64,000 bases of DNA from Eledone cirrhosa. Lineage: Eukaryota. The notes beneath the pieces are model-generated. The model worked only from the letters and a program-made list of their open reading frames with translations. It searched no databases and had not been told where the DNA came from. The stretch is taken from assembly GCA_964016885.1 (NCBI GenBank), contig OZ024740.1:19902001-19966000 (forward strand), read 5' to 3'. Shown piece after piece: positions 26,501 to 41,620 of this stretch. Position numbers and translations under genes: made by a program. Every line of letters begins with the position of its first letter. Within the stretch, counting starts at the first letter, position 1.

Positions 26501-29500
26501 ACTGATGCAGTGTCCACGCAGGTAACAACTGATGCAGTGTCCTCTCGACAGCTAACAACTTATGCAGTGTCCTCCCGACAGCTAACAACTGATGTAGTGT
26601 CCTCTCCACAGCTAACAACTGATGCAATGTCCTCTATACAGCTAACAACTTATGCAGTGTCCTCTCGACAGCTAACAACTGGTGCAGTGTCCTCTCGACA
26701 GCTAACAACTGATGCAGTGTCCCGAAAGCTAACAACTGATGCAGTGTCTCGACATCTAACAACTGATGCAGTGTCCCAACAGCTAACAACTGATGCAGTG
26801 TCCTCTCGACAGCTAACAACTGATGCAGTGTCCCGACAGCTAACAACTGATGCAGTGTCCTCTCGACAGCTAACAACTGATGCAGTGTCCCGACAGCTAA
26901 CAACTGATGCAGTGTCCTCTCGACAGCTAACAACTGATGCAGTGTCTCGACAGCTAACAACTGATGCAGTGTCCTCTCGACAGCTAACAACTGATGCAGT
27001 GTCCCCACAGCTAACAACTGATGCAGTGTCCTCTCGACAGCTAACAACTGATGCAGTGTCCCGACAGCTAACAACTGATGCAGTGTCCTCTCGACAGCTA
27101 ACAACTGATGCAGTGTCCCGACAGCTAACAACTGATGCAGTGTCTCGACAGCTAACAACTGATGCAGTGTCCCGACAGCTAACAACTGATGCAGTGTCTC
27201 GACAGCTAACAACTGATGCAGTGTCTCGATAGCTAACAACTGATGCAGTGTCCTTCCGACAGCTAACAACTGATGCAGTGTCCTCTCGACAGCTAAAAAC
27301 TGATGCAGTGATTCGACATCTAACAACTGATGCAGTGTCCTCTCGACAGCTAACAACTGATGCAGTGATTCGACAGCTAACAACTGATGCAGTGTCCTCT
27401 CGACAGATAACAACTGATGCAGTGATTCGACATCTAACAACTGATACAGTGTCCTCTCGACAGCTAACAACTGATGCAGTGTCCCGACAGCTAACAACTG
27501 ATGCAGTGTCCTCTCGACAGCTAACAACTGATGCAGTGTCCTCTCGACAGCTAACAACTGATGCAGTGTCCCGACAGCTAACAACTGATGCAGTGTCTCG
27601 ACATCTAACAACTGATGCAGTGTCCCGACAGCTAACAACTGATACGGTGTCCCGACAGCTAACGACTGATGCAGTGTCCTCTCGACAGCTAACAACTGAT
27701 GCAGTGTCCTCTCGACAGCTAACAATTGATGCAGTGTCTCGACAGCTAACAACTGATGCAGTGTCTCGACAGCTAACAATAGATGCACTGTCCTTCCGAC
27801 AGCTAACAACTGATGCAGTGTCCTCTCAACAGCTAACAACTGATGCAGTGTCTCCACAGCTAACAACTGATGCAGTGTCCTTCCGACAGCTAACAACTGA
27901 TGCAGTGTCCTCTCGACAGGTAACAACTGATGCAGTGATTCGACATCTAACAACTGATGCAGTGTCCTCTCGACAGCTAACATCTGATGCAGTGTCTCGA
28001 CAGCTAACAACTGATGCAGTGTCCATGCAGGTAACAACTGATGCAGTGTCCTCTCGACAGCTAACAACTTATGCAGTGTCCTCTCGACAGCTAACAACTG
28101 ATGTAGTGTCCTCTCGACAGCTAACAACTGATGAAGTGTCCTCTCGACAGCTAACAACTGATGCAATGTCCTCTATACAGCTAACAACTTATGCAGTGTC
28201 CTCTCGACAGCTAACAACTGATGCAGTGTCCTCTCGACAGCTAACAACTTATGCAGTGTCCTCTCGACAGCTAACAACTGATGTAGTGTCCTCTCGACAG
28301 CTAACAACTGATGAAGTGTCCTCTCGACAGCTAACAACTGATGCAATGTCCTCTATACAGCTAACAACTTATGCAGTGTCCTCTCGACAGCTAACAACTT
28401 ATGCAGTGTCCTCTCGACAGTTAACATCTGATGCAGTGTCTCGACAGCTAACAACTGATGCAGTGTCCCGACAGCTAACAACTGATGCAGTGTCTCGACA
28501 TCTAACAACTGATGCAGTGTCCCAACAGCTAACAACTGATGCAGTGTCCTCTCGACAGCTAACAACTGGTGCAGTGTCCCGACAGCTAACAACTGATGCA
28601 GTGTCCTCTCGACAGTTAACAACTGATACAGTGTCCTCTCGACAGCTAACAACTGATGCAGTGTCCCGACAGCTAACAACTGATGCAGTGTCCTCTCGAC
28701 AGCTAACAACTGATGCAGTGTCCTCTCGACAGCTAACAACTGATGCAGTGTCCCGACAGCTAACAACTGATGCATTGTCCTCTCGACAGCTAACAACTGA
28801 TGCAGTGTCCCGACAGCTAACAACTGATGCATTGTCCTCTCGACAGCTAACAACTGATGCAGTGTCCCGACAGCTAACAACTGATGCAGTGTCCTCTCGA
28901 AAGCTAACAACTGATGCAGTATCCCGACAGCTAACAACTGATGCAGTGTCCCGACAGCTAACAACTGATGCAGTGTCTCGACAGCTAACAACTGATGCAG
29001 TGTCTCGACAGCTAACAACTGATGCAGTGTCCTTCCGACAGCTAACAACTGATGCAGTGTCCTCTCGACAGCTAACAACTGATGCAGTGATTCGACAGCT
29101 AACAACTGATGCAGTGTCTCGACAGCTAACAACTGATGCAGTGTCCTTCCGACAGCTAACAACTGATGCAGTGTCCTCTCGACAGCTAACAACTGATGCA
29201 GTGATTCGACAGCTAACAACTGATGCAGTGTCCTTCCGACAGCTAACAACTGATGCAGTGTCCTCGACAGCTAACATCTGATGCAGTGTCTCGACAGCTA
29301 ACAACTGATGCAGTGTCCATGCAGGTAACAACTGATGCAGTGTCCTCTCGACAGCTAACAACTTATGCAGTGTCCTCTCGACAGCTAACAACTGATGTAG
29401 TGTCCTCTCGACAGCTAACAACTGATGAAGTGTCCTCTCGACAGCTAACAACTGATGCAATGTCCTCTATACAGCTAACAACTTATGCAGTGTCCTCTCG

Positions 29501-31650
29501 ACAGCTAACAACTTATGCAGTGTCCTCTCGACAGCTAACATCTGATGCAGTGTCTCGACAGCTAACAACTGATGCAGTGTCCCGACAGCTAACAACTGAT
29601 GCAGTGTCTCGACATCTAACAACTGATGCAGTGTCCCAACAGCTAACAACTGATGCAGTGTCCTCTCGACAGCTAACAACTGGTGCAGTGTCCCGACAGC
29701 TAACAACTGATGCAGTGTCCTCTCGACAGTTAGCAACTGATACAGTGTCCTCTCGACAGCTAACAACTGATGCAGTGTCCCGACAGCTAACAACTGATGC
29801 AGTGTCCTCTCGACAGCTAACAACTGATGCAGTGTACTCTCGACAGCTAACAACTGATGCAGTGTCCCGACAGCTAACAACTGATGCATTGTCCTCTCGA
29901 CAGCTAACAACTGATGCAGTGTCCCGACAGCTAACAACTGATGCAGTGTCCTCTCGAAAGCTAACAACTGATGCAGTATCCCGACAGCTAACAACTGATG
30001 CAGTGTCCCGACAGCTAACAACTGATGCAGTGTCTCGACAGCTAACAACTGATGCAGTGTCTCGACAGCTAACAACTGATGCAGTGTCCTTCCGACAGCT
30101 AACAACTGATGCAGTGTCCTCTCGACAGCTAACAACTGATGCAGTGATTCGACAGCTAACAACTGATGCAGTGTCTCGACAGCTAACAACTGATGCAGTG
30201 TCCTTCCGACAGCTAACAACTGATGCAGTGTCCTCTCGACAGCTAACAACTGATGCAGTGATTCGACAGCTAACAACTGATGCAGTGTCCTTCCGACAGC
30301 TAACAACTGATGCAGTGTCCTCTCGACAGCTAACAACTGATGCAGTGATTCGACAGCTAACAACTGATGCAGTGTCCTCTCGACAGCTAACAACTGATGC
30401 AGTGATTCGACATCTAACAACTGATACAGTGTCCTCTCGACAGCTAACAACTGTTGCAGTGTCCCGACAGCTAACAACTGATGCAGTGTCCTCTCGGCAG
30501 CTAACAACTGATGCAGTGTCCTCTCGACAGCTAACAACTGATGCAGTGTCCCGACAGCTAACAACTGATGCAGTGTCCTCTCGACAGCTAACAACTGATG
30601 CAGTGTCCTCTCGACAGCTAACAACTGATGCAGTGTCCCGACAGCTAACAACTGATGCAGTGTCCTCTCGACAGCTAACAACTGATGCAGTGTCCCGACA
30701 GCTAACAACTGATGCAGTGTCCTCTCGACAGCTAACAACTGATGCAGTGTCCCGACAGCTAACAACTGATGCAGTGTCCTCTCGACAGCTAACAACTGAT
30801 GCAGTGTCCCGACAGCTAACAACTGATGCAGTGTCTCGACAGCTAACAACTGATGCAGTGTCCCGACAGCTAACAACTGATGCAGGGTCTCGACAGCTAA
30901 CAACTGATGCAGTGTCTCGACAGCTAACAACTGATGCAGTGTCCTTCCGACAGCTAACAACTGATGCAGTGTCCTCTCGACAGCTAAAAACTGATGCAGT
31001 GATTCGACATCTAACAAACAACTGATGCAGTGTCCTCTCGACAGCTAACAACTGATGCAGTGATTCGACAGCTAACAACTGATGCAGTGTCCTCTCGACA
31101 GCTAACAACTGATGCAGTGAGTCGACATCTAACAACTGATGCAGTGTCCTCTCGACAGCTAACAACTGATGCAGTGTCTCGACAGCTAACAACTGATGCA
31201 GTGTCCTCTCGACAGCTAACAACTGATGCAGTGTCCTCTCGACAGCTAACAACTGATGCAGTGTCCCGAAAGCTAACAACTGATGCAGTGTCTCGACATC
31301 TAACAACTGATGCAGTGTCCCGACAGCTAACAACTGATACAGTGTCCCGGCAGCTAACAACTGAATCAGTGTCCTCTCGACAGCTAACAACTGATGCAGT
31401 GTCCTCTCGACAGCTAACAATTGATGCAGTGTCTCGACAGCTAACAACTGATGCAGTGTCTCGACAGATAAAAATAGATGCAGTGTCCTTCCGACAGCTA
31501 ACAACTGATGCAGTGTCCTCTCGACAGATAACAACTGATGCAGTGTCCTCTCGACAGCTAACAACTGATGCAGTGTCCCGACAGCTAACAACTGATGCAG
31601 TGTCTCGACAGCTAAGAAATGATGCAGTGATTCGACAGCTAACAACTGAT
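20650..31650 (+). repeat. Tandem higher-order repeat, 2 x ~5.5 kb (offset 5453 > 5507 > 5564 bp)
   Basis: Shared private variants: 28-bp monomer at 23700/29264, +4 insertion at ~25452/~31016, GAGTCGAC with SalI site at 25557/31121, GCAGGG ~25320/~30884, TAG 21725/27232. Confidence 0.92.
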
Positions 31651-34600
31651 GCAGTGTCTCGACAGCTAACAACTGATGCAGTGTCTCGACAGCTAACAAT
31701 AGATGCACTGTCCTTCCGACAGCTAACAACTGATGCAGTGTCCTCTCGACAGCTAACAACTGATGCAGTGTCTCCACAGCTAACAACTGATGCAGTGTCC
31801 TTCCGACAGCTAACAACTGATGCAGTGTCCTCTCGACAGGTAACAACTGATGCAGTGATTCGACATCTAACAACTGATGCAGTGTCCTCTCGACAGCTAA
31901 CATCTGATGCAGTGTCTCGACAGCTAACAACTGATGCAGTGTCCATGCAGGTAACAACTGATGCAGTGTCCTCTCGACAGCTAACAACTTATGCAGTGTC
32001 CTCTCGACAGCTAACAACTGATGTAGTGTCCTCTCGACAGCTAACAACTGATGAAGTGTCCTCTCGACAGCTAACAACTGATGCAATGTCCTCTATACAG
32101 CTAACAACTTATGCAGTGTCCTCTCGACAGCTAACAACTGATGCAGTGTCCTCTCGACAGCTAACAACTTATGCAGTGTCCTCTCGACAGCTAACAACTG
32201 ATGCAGTGTCCTCTCGACAGCTAACAACTTATGCAGTGTCCTCTCGACAGCTAACAACTGATGCAGTGTCCATGCAGGTAACAACTGATGCAGTGTCCTC
32301 TCGACAGCTAACAACTTATGCAGTGTCCTCTCGACAGCTAACAACTGATGTAGTGTCCTCTCGACAGCTAACAACTGATGAAGTGTCCTCTCGACAGCTA
32401 ACAACTGATGCAATGTCCTCTATACAGCTAACAACTTATGCAGTGTCCTCTCGACAGCTAACAACTTATGCAGTGTCCTCTCGACAGCTAACATCTGATG
32501 CAGTGTCTCGACAGCTAACAACTGATGCAGTGTCCCGACAGCTAACAACTGATGCAGTGTCTCGACATCTAACAACTGATGCAGTGTCCCAACAGCTAAC
32601 AACTGATGCAGTGTCCTCTCGACAGCTAACAACTGGTGCAGTGTCCCGACAGCTAACAACTGATGCAGTGTCCTCTCGACAGTTAACAACTGATACAGTG
32701 TCCTCTCGACAGCTAACAACTGATGCAGTGTCCCGACAGCTAACAACTGATGCAGTGTCCTCTCGACAGCTAACAACTGATGCAGTGTCCTCTCGACAGC
32801 TAACAACTGATGCAGTGTCCCGACTGCTAACAACTGATGCAGTGTCCTCTCGAAAGCTAACAACTGATGCAGTATCCCGACAGCTAACAACTGATGCAGT
32901 GTGCCGACAGCTAACAACTGATGCAGTGTCTCGACAGCTAACAACTGATGCAGTGTCTCGACAGCTAACAACTGATGCAGTGTCCTTCCGACAGCTAACA
33001 ACTGATGCAGTGTCCTCTCGACAGCTAACAACTGATGCAGTGATTCGACAGCTAACAACTGATGCAGTGTCCTCTCGACAGCTAACAACTGATGCAGTGA
33101 TTCGACATCTAACAACTGATACAGTGTCCTCTCGACAGCTAACAACTGTGGCAGTGTCCCGACAGCTAACAACTGATGCAGTGTCCTCTCGACAGCTAAC
33201 AACTGATGCAGTGTCCTCTCGACAGCTAACAACTGATGCAGTGTACCGACAGCTAACAACTGATGCAGTGTCCTCTCGGCAGCTAACAACTGATGCAGTG
33301 TCCTCTCGACAGCTAACAACTGATGCAGTGTCCCGACAGCTAACAACTGATGCAGTGTCCTCTCGACAGCTAACAACTGATGCAGTGTCCTCTCGACAGC
33401 TAACAACTGATGCAGTGTCCCGACAGCTAACAACTGATGCAGTGTCCTCTCGACAGCTAACAACTGATGCAGTGTCCCGACAGCTAACAACTGATGCAGT
33501 GTCCTCTCGAAAGCTAACAACTGATGCAGTATCCCGACAGCTAACAACTGATGCAGTGTCCCGACAGCTAACAACTGATGCTGTGTCTCGACAGCTAACA
33601 ACTGATGCAGTGTCCCGACAGCTAACAACTGATGCAGTGTCTCGACAGCTAACAACTGATGCGGTGTCTCGACAGCTAACAACTGATGCAGTGTCCTTCC
33701 GACAGCTAACAACTGATGCAGTGTCCTCTCGACAGCTAAAAACTGATGCAGTGATTCGACATCTAACAACTGATGCAGTGTACTCTCGACAGCTAACAAC
33801 TGATGCAGTGTCTCGACAGCTAACAACTGATGCAGTGTCCTCTCGACAGCTAACAACTGATGCAGTGTCCTCTCGACAGCTAACAACTGATGCAGTGTCC
33901 CGAAAGCTAACAACTGATGCAGTGTCTCGACATCTAACAACTGATGCAGTGTCCCGACAGCTAACAACTGATACAGTGTCCCGGCAGCTAACAACTGATG
34001 CAGTTTCCTCTCGACAGATAACAACTGATGCAGTGTCCTCTCGACAGCTAACAATTGATGCAGTGTCTCGACAGCTAACAACTGATGCAGTGTCTCGACA
34101 GATAACAATAGATGCAGTGTCCTTCCGACAGCTAACAACTGATGCAGTGTCCTCTCGACAGCTAACAACTGATGCAGTGTCTCGACAGATAACAATAGAT
34201 GCAGTGTCCTTCCGACAGCTAACAACTGATGCAGTGTCCTCTCGACAGCTAACAACTGATGCAGTGTCTCGACAGATAACAATAGATGCAGTGTCCTTCC
34301 GACAGCTAACAACTGATGCAGTGTCCTCTCGACAGCTAACAACTGATGCAGTGTCCCGACAGCTAACAACTGATGCAGTGTCTCGACAGCTAAGAAATGA
34401 TGCAGTGATTCGACAGCTAACAACTGATGCAGTGTCTCGACAGCTAACAACTGATGCAGTGTCTCCACAGCTAACAACTGATGCAGTGTCCTTCCGACAG
34501 CTAACAACTGATGCAGTGTCCTCTCGACAGGTAACAACTGATGCAGTGATTCGACATCTAACAACTGATGCAGTGTCCTCTCGACAGCTAACATCTGATG

Positions 34601-35844
34601 CAGTGTCTCGACAGCTAACAACTGATGCAGTGTCTCGACAGCTAACAACTGATGCAGTGTCCACGCAGGTAACAACTGATGCAGTGTCCTCTCGACAGCT
34701 AACAACTTATGCAGTGTCCTCTCGACAGCTAACAACTGATGTAGTGTCCTCTCGACAGCTAACAACTGATGCAGTGTCCTCTCGACAGCTAACAACTGAT
34801 GCAGTGTCCCGACAGCTAACAACTGATGCAGTGTCTCGACATCTAACAACTGATGCAGTGTCCCAACAGCTAACAACTGATGCAGTGTCCTCTCGACAGC
34901 TAACAACTGATGCAGTGTCCCGACAGCTAACAACTGATGCAGTGTCCTCTCGACAGCTAACAACTGATGCAGTGTCCCGACAGCTAACAACTGATGCAGT
35001 GTCCTCTCGACAGCTAACAACTGATGCAGTGTCCCGACAGCTAACAACTGATGCAGTGTCCTCTCGACAGCTAACAACTGATGCAGTGTCCCCACATCTA
35101 ACAACTGATGCAGTGTCCTCTCGACAGCTAACAACTGATGCAGTGTCCCGACAGCTAACAACTGATGCAGTGTCCTCTCGACAGCTAACAACTGATGCAG
35201 TGTCCCGACAGCTAACAACTGATGCAGTGTCTCGACAGCTAACAACTGATGCAGTGTCCCGACAGCTAACGACTGATGCAGTGTCTCGACAGCTAACAAC
35301 TGATGCAGTGTCTCGATAGCTAACAACTGATGCAGTGTCCTTCCGACAGCTAACAACTGATGCAGTGTCCTCTCGACAGCTAAAAACTGATGCAGTGATT
35401 CGACATCTAACAACTGATGCAGTGTCCGCTCGACAGCTAACAACTGATGCAGTGATTCGACAGCTAACAACTGATGCAGTGTCCTCTCGACAGATAACAA
35501 CTGATGCAGTGATTCGACATCTAACAACTGATACAGTGTCCTCTCGACAGCTAACAACTGATGCAGTGTCCCGACATCTAACAACTGATGCAGTGTCCTC
35601 TCGACAGCTAACAACTGATGCAGTGTCCTCTCGACATCTAACAACTGATGCAGTGTCCCGACAGCTAACAACTGATACAGTGTCCCGACAGCTAACAACT
35701 GATGCAGTGTCCTCTCGACAGCTAACAACTGATGCAGTGTCTCCACAGCTAACAACTGATGCAGTGTCCTTCCGACAGCTAACAACTGATGCAGTGTCCT
35801 CTCGACAGGTAACAACTGATGCAGTGATTCGACATCTAACAACT

Positions 35845-38800
35845 GATGCAGTGTCCTCTCGACAGCTAACATCTGATGCAGTGTCTCGACAGCTAACAAC
35901 TGATGCAGTGTCTCGACAGCTAACAACTGATGCAGTGTCCTCTCGACAGCTAACAACTTATGCAGTGTCCTCTCGACTGCTAACAACTGATGTAGTGTCC
36001 TCTCGACAGCTAACAACTGATGAAGTGTCCTCTCGACAGCTAACAACTGATGCAATGTCCTCTATACAGCTAACAACTTATGCAGTGTCCTCTCGACAGC
36101 TAACAACTGATGCAGTGTCCTCTCGACAGCTAACATCTGATGCAGTGTCTCGACAGCTAACAACTGATGCAGTGTCTCGACAGCTAACAACTGATGCAGT
36201 GTCTCGACATCTAACAACTTATGCAGTGTCCTCTCGACAGCTAACAACTGATGCATTGTCCTCTCGACAGCTAACAACTTATGCAGTGTCCTCTCGACAG
36301 CTAACAACTGATGAAGTGTCCTCTCGACAGCTAACAACTGATGCAGTGTCCCGACAGCTAACAACTGATGAAGTGTCCTCTCGACAGCTAACAACTGATG
36401 CAATGTCCTCTATACAGCTAACAACTTATGCAGTGTCCTCTCGACAGCTAACAACTTATGCAGTGTCCTCTCGACAGCTAACATCTGATGCAGTGTCTCG
36501 ACAGCTAACAACTGATGCAGTGTCCCCACAGCTAACAACTGATGCAGTGTCTCGACATCTAACAACTGATGCAGTGTCCCAACAGCTAACAACTGATGCA
36601 GTGTCCTCTCGACAGCTAACAACTCATGCAGTGTCCCGACAGCTAACAACTGATGCAGTGTCCTCTCGACAGTTAACAACTGATACAGTGTCCTCTCCAC
36701 AGCTAACAACTGATGCAGTGTCCCGACAGCTAACAACTGATGCAGTGTCCTCTCGACAGCTAACAACTGATGCAGTGTCCTCTCGACAGCTAACAACTGA
36801 TGCAGTGTGCCGACAGCTAACAACTGATGCAGTGTCCCCTCGACGGCTAACAACTGATGCAGTGTCCCGACAGCTAACAACTGATGCAGTGTCCTCTCGA
36901 AAGCTAACAACTGATGCAGTGTCCCGACAGCTAACAACTGATGCAGTATCCCGACAGCTAACAACTGATACAGTGTCTCGACAGCTAACAACTGATGCAG
37001 TGTCCCGACAGATAACAACTGATGCAGTGTCTCGACAGCTAACAACTGATGCAGTGTCTCGACAGCTAACAACTGATGCAGTGTCCTTCCGACAGCTAAC
37101 AACTGATGCAGTGTCCTCTCGACAGCTAACAACTGATGCAGTGATTCGACAGCTAACAACTGATGCAGTGTCCTCTCGACAGCTAACAACTGATGCAGTG
37201 ATTCGACATCTAACAACTGATACAGTGTCCTCTCGACAGCTAACAACTGTTGCAGTGTCCCGACAGCTAACAACTGATGCAGTGTCCTCTCGACAGCTAA
37301 CAACTGATGCAGTGTCCTCTCGACAGCTAACAACTGATGCAGTGTACCGACAGCTAACAACTGATGCAGTGTCCTCTCGACAGCTAACAACTGATGCAGT
37401 GTCCCGACAGCTAACAACTGATGCAGTGTCCTCTCGACAGCTAAGAACTGATGCAATGTCCCGACAGCTAACAACTGATGCAGTGTCCTCTCGAAAGCTA
37501 ACAACTGATGCAGTATCCCGACAGCTAACAACTGATGCAGTGTCCCGACAGCTAACAACTGATGCAGTGTCTCGACAGCTAACAACTGATGCAGTGTCTC
37601 GACAGCTAACAACTGATGCAGTGTCTCGACAGCTAACAACTGATGCAGTGTCCTTCCGACAGCTAACAACTGATGCAGTGTACTCTAGACAGCTAAAAAC
37701 TGATGCAGTGATTCGACATCTAACAACTGATGCAGTGTCCTCTCGACAGCTAACATCTGATGCAGTGTCTCGACAGCTAACAACTGACGCAGTGTCTCGA
37801 CAGCTAACAACTGATGCAGTGTCCATGCAGGTAACAACTGATGCAGTGTCCTCTCGACAGCTAACAACTTATGCAGTGTCCTCTCGACAGCTAACAACTG
37901 ATGTAGTGTCCTCTCGACAGCTAACAACTGATGAAGTGTCCTCTCGACAGCTAACAACTGATGCAATGTCCTCTATACAGCTAACAACTTACGCAGTGTC
38001 CTCTCGACAGCTAACAACTGATGCAGTGTCCTCTCGACAGCTAACAACTTATGCAGTGTCCTCTCGACAGCTAACAACTGATGTAGTGTCCTCTCGACAG
38101 CTAACAACTGATGAAGTGTCCTCTCGACAGCTAACAACTGATGCAATGTCCTCTATACAGCTAACAACTTATGCAGTGTCCTCTCGACAGCTAACAACTT
38201 ATGCAGTGTCCTCTCGACAGCTAATATCTGATGCAGTGTCTCGACAGCTAACAACTGATGCAGTGTCCCGACAGCTAACAACTGATGCTGTGTCTCGACA
38301 TCTAACAACTGATGCAGTGTCCCAACAGCTAACAACTGATGCAGTGTCCTCTCGACAGCTAACAACTGATGCAGTGTCCCGACAGCTAACAACTGATGCA
38401 GTGTCCTCTCGACGGCTAACAACTGATGCAGTGTCCCGACAGCTAACAACTGATGCAGTGTCCTCTCGAAAGCTAACAACTGATGCAGTGTCCCGACAGC
38501 TAACAACTGATGCAGTGTCCCGACAGCTAACAACTGATGCAGTGTCTCGACAGCTAACAACAGATGCAGTGTCCCGACAGCTAACAACTTATGCAGTGTC
38601 TCGACAGCTAACAACTGATGCAGTGTCTCGACAGCTAACAACTGATGCAGTGTCCTTCCGACAGCTAACAACTGATGCAGTGTCCTCTCGACAGCTAACA
38701 ACTGATGCAGTGATTCGACAGCTAACAACTGATGCAGTGTCCTCTCGACAGCTAACATCTGATGCAGTGTCTCGACAGCTAACAACTGATGCAGTGTCTC

Positions 38801-41620
38801 GACAGCTAACAACTGATGCAGTGTCCTCTCGACAGCTAACAACTTATGCAGTGTCCTCTCGACTGCTAACAACTGATGTAGTGTCCTCTCGACAGCTAAC
38901 AACTGATGAAGTGTCCTCTCGACAGCTAACAACTGATGCAATGTCCTCTATACAGCTAACAACTTATGCAGTGTCCTCTCGACAGCTAACAACTGATGCA
39001 GTGTCCTCTCGACAGCTAACATCTGATGCAGTGTCTCGACAGCTAACAACTGATGCAGTGTCTCGACAGCTAACAACTGATGCAGTGTCTCGACATCTAA
39101 CAACTTATGCAGTGTCCTCTCGACAGCTAACAACTGATGCATTGTCCTCTCGACAGCTAACAACTTATGCAGTGTCCTTTCGACAGCTAACAACTGATGA
39201 AGTGTCCTCTCGACAGCTAACAACTGATGCAGTGTCCCGACAGCTAACAACTGATGAAGTGTCCTCTCGACAGCTAACAACTGATGCAATGTCCTCTATA
39301 CAGCTAACAACTTATGCAGTGTCCTCTCGACAGCTAACAACTTATGCAGTGTCCTCTCGACAGCTAACATCTGATGCAGTGTCTCGACAGCTAACAACTG
39401 ATGCAGTGTCCCCACAGCTAACAACTGATGCAGTGTCTCGACATCTAACAACTGATGCAGTGTCCCAACAGCTAACAACTGATGCAGTGTCCTCTCGACA
39501 GCTAACAACTCATGCAGTGTCCCGACAGCTAACAACTGATGCAGTGTCCTCTCGACAGTTAACAACTGATACAGTGTCCTCTCCACAGCTAACAACTGAT
39601 GCAGTGTCCCGACAGCTAACAACTGATGCAGTGTCCTCTCGACAGCTAACAACTGATGCAGTGTCCTCTCGACAGCTAACAACTGATGCAGTGTGCCGAC
39701 AGCTAACAACTGATGCAGTGTCCCCTCGACGGCTAACAACTGATGCAGTGTCCCGACAGCTAACAACTGATGCAGTGTCCTCTCGAAAGCTAACAACTGA
39801 TGCAGTGTCCCGACAGCTAACAACTGATGCAGTATCCCGACAGCTAACAACTGATACAGTGTCTCGACAGCTAACAACTGATGCAGTGTCCCGACAGATA
39901 ACAACTGATGCAGTGTCTCGACAGCTAACAACTGATGCAGTGTCTCGACAGCTAACAACTGATGCAGTGTCCTTCCGACAGCTAACAACTGATGCAGTGT
40001 CCTCTCGACAGCTAACAACTGATGCAGTGATTCGACAGCTAACAACTGATGCAGTGTCCTCTCGACAGCTAACAACTGATGCAGTGATTCGACATCTAAC
40101 AACTGATACAGTGTCCTCTCGACAGCTAACAACTGTTGCAGTGTCCCGACAGCTAACAACTGATGCAGTGTCCTCTCGACAGCTAACAACTGATGCAGTG
40201 TCCTCTCGACAGCTAACAACTGATGCAGTGTACCGACAGCTAACAACTGATGCAGTGTCCTCTCGACAGCTAACAACTGATGCAGTGTCCCGACAGCTAA
40301 CAACTGATGCAGTGTCCTCTCGACAGCTAAGAACTGATGCAATGTCCCGACAGCTAACAACTGATGCAGTGTCCTCTCGAAAGCTAACAACTGATGCAGT
40401 ATCCCGACAGCTAACAACTGATGCAGTGTCCCGACAGCTAACAACTGATGCAGTGTCTCGACAGCTAACAACTGATGCAGTGTCTCGACAGCTAACAACT
40501 GATGCAGTGTCTCGACAGCTAACAACTGATGCAGTGTCCTTCCGACAGCTAACAACTGATGCAGTGTCCTCTAGACAGCTAAAAACTGATGCAGTGATTC
40601 GACATCTAACAACTGATGCAGTGTCCTCTCGACAGCTAACATCTGATGCAGTGTCTCGACAGCTAACAACTGACGCAGTGTCTCGACAGCTAACAACTGA
40701 TGCAGTGTCCATGCAGGTAACAACTGATGCAGTGTCCTCTCGACAGCTAACAACTTATGCAGTGTCCTCTCGACAGCTAACAACTGATGTAGTGTCCTCT
40801 CGACAGCTAACAACTGATGAAGTGTCCTCTCGACAGCTAACAACTGATGCAATGTCCTCTATACAGCTAACAACTTACGCAGTGTCCTCTCGACAGCTAA
40901 CAACTGATGCAGTGTCCTCTCGACAGCTAACAACTTATGCAGTGTCCTCTCGACAGCTAACAACTGATGTAGTGTCCTCTCGACAGCTAACAACTGATGA
41001 AGTGTCCTCTCGACAGCTAACAACTGATGCAATGTCCTCTATACAGCTAACAACTTATGCAGTGTCCTCTCGACAGCTAACAACTTATGCAGTGTCCTCT
41101 CGACAGCTAATATCTGATGCAGTGTCTCGACAGCTAACAACTGATGCAGTGTCCCGACAGCTAACAACTGATGCTGTGTCTCGACATCTAACAACTGATG
41201 CAGTGTCCCAACAGCTAACAACTGATGCAGTGTCCTCTCGACAGCTAACAACTGATGCAGTGTCCCGACAGCTAACAACTGATGCAGTGTCCTCTCGACG
41301 GCTAACAACTGATGCAGTGTCCCGACAGCTAACAACTGATGCAGTGTCCTCTCGAAAGCTAACAACTGATGCAGTGTCCCGACAGCTAACAACTGATGCA
41401 GTGTCCCGACAGCTAACAACTGATGCAGTGTCTCGACAGCTAACAACAGATGCAGTGTCCCGACAGCTAACAACTTATGCAGTGTCTCGACAGCTAACAA
41501 CTGATGCAGTGTCTCGACAGCTAACAACTGATGCAGTGTCCTTCCGACAGCTAACAACTGGTGCAGTGTCCTCTCGACAGCTAACAACTGATGCAGTGAT
41601 TCGACAGCTAACAACTGAGG
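35845..41620 (+). repeat. Tandem higher-order repeat, 2 x 2886 bp
   Basis: XbaI variant TCTAGA at 37684 and 40570; ATGTCCTCTATA at 36055/38941, 36403/39289 and 37966/40852; ACTCAT variant ~36624/~39510. Confidence 0.93.
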
